A stretch of 55,586 nucleotides of DNA, counting the filler, from Catajapyx aquilonaris (Eukaryota): NCBI GenBank assembly GCA_000934665.2. It is 2 parts of 2 records of this genome, joined end to end, with 100 filler letters (N's around TTAATTAATTAA, not from the genome) between each part and the next. Parts side by side here need not be neighbours in the genome. Positions count along the whole stretch, not along the records: positions 27,917 to 55,586 come from JYFJ02005023.1; 1 more part is not named here. One strand, given 5' to 3'. Below, in pieces: positions 52,164-55,586 of this stretch. The position numbers were made by a program, and so were the translations under genes. The notes beneath the pieces are model-generated. The model was not told where the DNA came from and ran no database searches. It was given only the letters and a program-made list of their open reading frames with translations. How positions within the stretch are numbered: the stretch's first letter is position 1; each line of letters starts with the position of its first letter.

Positions 52164-53256
52164 TCTCTATATCTATAAATAAGGAAGCTTAATTGTTAGT
52201 TTGTGAGGATGTTTGTCCCTTATAGAAATCCAGGGGAAGGCCCCTACACCGCCTTAAATTAGCATATCGGGGGTTACATTTTTCAAGGAATTTAATGCCG
52301 CATGTTTCAGCTTCCGTAAATGAACCTAACACCCATAACACGCATATTCCCAATTAACCAATTGCCAATTTCCAATTTAACAAATTCATGGATTTCCATG
52401 GTAATGCCCTCATTACATCAGTGGTAATTCGTGAGATTTTGAAGACAAGAATAGGGCCTGTTAATTCCGAAAATGAACCTAATAACACCCATAACACCAC
52501 ATAACACGCATATTGCCGAATCATCTCACTACTCGGGCAACAATATCTGCCAATTACCCCATCTCACGTACGCTCTTAATTAAAATATTATATTATATTA
52601 TATTATATATTATAACTCAATATTACTACACTAGCAGGTTACCCGGCGTTGCCCGGGTATGTTGGGGTGCTGGTAAAGATAGGGGTAGCCTACATATCTG
52701 TGATAGATTACCTGCTGCCACTTTGTCTCCCCTAGGAAATGCCCTTATGCCACAATACCTATAGCAAATTAAACCATCTCCGTAAATTCAGCGCATCCAC
52801 CAATTACGCTAATTGGCCCCCTCGCGTGACTTCATATCTTATGGTAATTCTGGAATTTTGTGGCATTTGAAAGTAGACTTCCAGACAAAGTAAATACAAT
52901 TAAATAATACAGTATTTGCAAAATATTACTCCGTGTTGAAAACAAAATCTCCCATCATACATCTGTACGTACATTTCTAAAGTTCTTCAGAGCAAACATA
53001 TGGAACGAGGTGGGGGTGTGAAGTGGGGTTGGGGGGGGGGGGGTCAAGGGGTAAAAAATGCACGGGAAAAAACACATTGCTGTGCAGTCTTTTCCTGGGC
53101 CAACTCCATCCGCATTCCTCCTTTTACACATCCAATCAGAATATCCGTGTCGACTGTACGCTATAAGACAAGCAGGTAATCTATCACAAATATGTAGGCT
53201 ACCCCTATCTTTACCAGCACCCCAACATACCCGGGCAACGCCGGGTAACCTGCTAG
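52164..53256 (+). mobile_element. Non-autonomous Helitron
   Basis: A|TCTCTATATCTATAAATAAG 5' end; 3' hairpin CCCGGGCAACGCCGGG then TAACCTGCTAG|T; absent from the paralogous flank at ~46496. Confidence 0.75.
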
Positions 53257-53602
53257 TGTATGTTAAAAAGGATGCCGTTGGAAGCAACAATAGGGCTACA
53301 TTCACTTGTGGCGATTATGATTGTTTCCCAGTAAACGGCGTGCTTATAGTTCCAAAAGTATAAAAAAATACCAAGTGGTTTTTAAATTCATGCTTCGCCA
53401 TAAGTAATATTGCTCGTCATTTTTTCATATATATATTTTTTAAATCACTTTTAACAATTACCTCTACTTGGCTTACCTAACGCTTAGGATATGCGCTGTG
53501 TGTATATCCCTGAATGGCATAATAACGCGATTTTCTCCATACTAACAAGGGAAGAGTAAGTGTTGTCCGTGGAGTTGCTGCATGAAACTTGGCACAATAA
53601 TA

Positions 53603-54026
53603 CAGGGTGTATCTGAACTCAGTGCCCCGACGTATATGACTGCCTTCCTAGCCACCAGAGGATCGATTCAAGTATAGGAGTCATATGTCTGGGCAGCCTC
53701 ATTACTGAGATACACTCTTTAGCGATTTTTGCCTAATCGCTCCTTCTGACTTTTAAATAGAATTTTCTGGTGTAACTAGCCAAAGAGGCCTGACCACCTG
53801 TGGGCAACAAACCAACAAAGTCCGGCCCCCAGACCTTCCAGAGCCTTCTGACTGGGGGAGGGTTCGATGGGTGGCCTAACCGACAGGATATTTTGTACTA
53901 CATGTTTGCGGCCAATTATCTCCGTAATGAGGCTGCCCAGACATATGACTCCTATACTTAAATCGATCCTCTGGTGGCTAGGAAGGCAGTCATCAACGTC
54001 GGGGCACTGAGTTCAGATACACCCTG
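53603..54026. mobile_element. Tc1/mariner-type MITE
   Basis: TA|CAGGGTGTATCTGAACTCAG...CTGAGTTCAGATACACCCTG|TA with ~110-bp arms. Confidence 0.9.
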
Positions 54027-54474
54027 TATAGGCAGCTAATTTATTAAATAAAATGCCAACTGTTTTGGAAAATGCCCACAAGGTCAAAAGTTATGACCTC
54101 TAGAACTCAGCCCGGACAGCTTACCTTACGGCCGAAGTTTCAGATGTTGCACTCAAAGAAGCAGACATTTTATTGCATCGCTGGTAAGGGATAATTGCTC
54201 TGATTACAAAGAGCTAAATTGCTAGATTGCACCCATATTTGAAAACGTCGCTTCTGAATTTTTTCGATAAAAAATAAAAACAGAAATTATGTTCTCTCAA
54301 ATTACGTGCCCGATTTGGCGTCAAATCCAGCTTCTTGGAAAATTAAGAAGAAGTTCCCTAATTTCGTAATTTGTCGTAAGCCGGAATCATAAACCATCTG
54401 CAGATGAAATTAATCATCGTACATTATCACCTATACAACAGTGTGTAACAATGTGTTCCATTCATGCCCGTACA

Positions 54475-54970
54475 ACGATCACATCTTACATATAATATGA
54501 GTATGACAGTCTGGGGATAGTACTGTACAGTATAAAGAGAAAGAAAGCATAGGGAAACCGTTTGTAAAATATATAATTTTGTCTGCTCGGTAGAAGTACA
54601 TTGGCTCATTGCATATACAAAATTTTTAGTCGTAATCGTGAGGCGCTAAAGAAATTGACTAATCGCAGTCGAAGACTAATCGACGGTTTTTAATTTTATT
54701 TATTTTCATGCCCCGTACTCGAACCGCACAGGCTCTTTTGGGGGGACCTACTTCAGTTATACTTGTATAATTATGTGACTTTGGGTACAAAAAAAGTCCC
54801 CAAGTCACAGGAGTACGATTTTTAAAAACCGTCGATTAGTCTTCGACTGCGATTAGTCAATTTCCTTAGCGTCTCACGATTACGACTAAAAATCAGGTAT
54901 ATTTATATACAGTATTATGAAATGAGCCTTCTACCGAGCCGACAAAAATATATTTACAAACGGTTTCCCT

Positions 54971-55010
<40 letters not shown>

Positions 55011-55054
55011 GTGCAGTACTATCCCACACTGTCATATACGTAAGATGTGATCGT
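54475..55054. mobile_element. Foldback element, one arm carrying a (CT)n expansion
   Basis: ACGATCACATCTTAC... / ...GTAAGATGTGATCGT outer arms; inner arms 54625-54692 pair with 54824-54892; (CT)n at 54975-55007. Confidence 0.75.
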
Positions 55055-55232
55055 CGAAGGAAAATGCCGCCAATAACAATATTTTCTCTGTGACCTATTT
55101 ACAGTACTTAATTTCGCTCGGCAAGGATTATAACAGGTCCCCTTGTTTAAAAGAGCTTGATAAACTACTAAATAGGGCATGATCTTCATTTGATCATTAT
55201 TCGAAATCCGACTCTAAGGCATACTCTTTTTC

Positions 55233-55403
55233 TTTAATAAGAACATTAACTGAAGAATATATACAAAAAGACCTTGCAGATTTAAATAAGTATACTAGAT
55301 AATTATATGAATTATGTACCAGATAATGATTATTTAAGAGAATGTTATTTCAATCACAACCTTCCTATCAGTATTACAGGACTGTTGATGAACCTACGGA
55401 ATG
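55233..55403 (+). repeat. Duplicate of the 3' flank of IR copy A1 (31874-32045)
   Basis: Near-identical TTTAATAAGAA...GAACCTACGGAATG; shows the A1/A2 duplication included downstream DNA that was later separated by insertions. Confidence 0.85.
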
Positions 55404-55586
55404 CGGAATTCGGCCGCGGAGGTCTTACTTCTCTTTTTTTACTGAAGGGAAAGTTTTTGATATAATTTCAGTTCTTTTTTGACAGTACACATAACTTATG
55501 CTCTACACTATACAGTCTGCACTATGAATGCATTGGAGACGATTTTCGTCGCTTAGAAGTCCCTAAATTATTTTCACAGAGATAGT

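Overview
Repeat-rich eukaryotic (arthropod-like) genomic DNA with short GT-AG introns and a 100-nt scaffold gap at 27817-27916. Left of the gap is the ectodomain half of a multi-exon LDLa + 10-LRR relaxin-family GPCR (type C1 LGR, RXFP/Lgr3/Lgr4-like, + strand). Its 7TM exons are not in the window. It probably starts with two signal-anchor exons at ~6.2-6.4 kb joined through a 4-nt microexon, and it is followed by a decayed autonomous Helitron. Right of the gap is a tandem array of four intronless divergent ionotropic receptor (IR) genes: one intact, one with a single homopolymer frameshift and two clear pseudogenes. The array shows gene-conversion mosaicism and is interrupted by a minus-strand C2H2 zinc-finger gene with two candidate alternative terminal exons. 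The remainder is a dense patchwork of tRNA-derived SINEs, a solo LTR, short Helitrons, Tc1/mariner and Harbinger-like MITEs and foldbacks. All calls come from reading the sequence by eye; no database searches were run.
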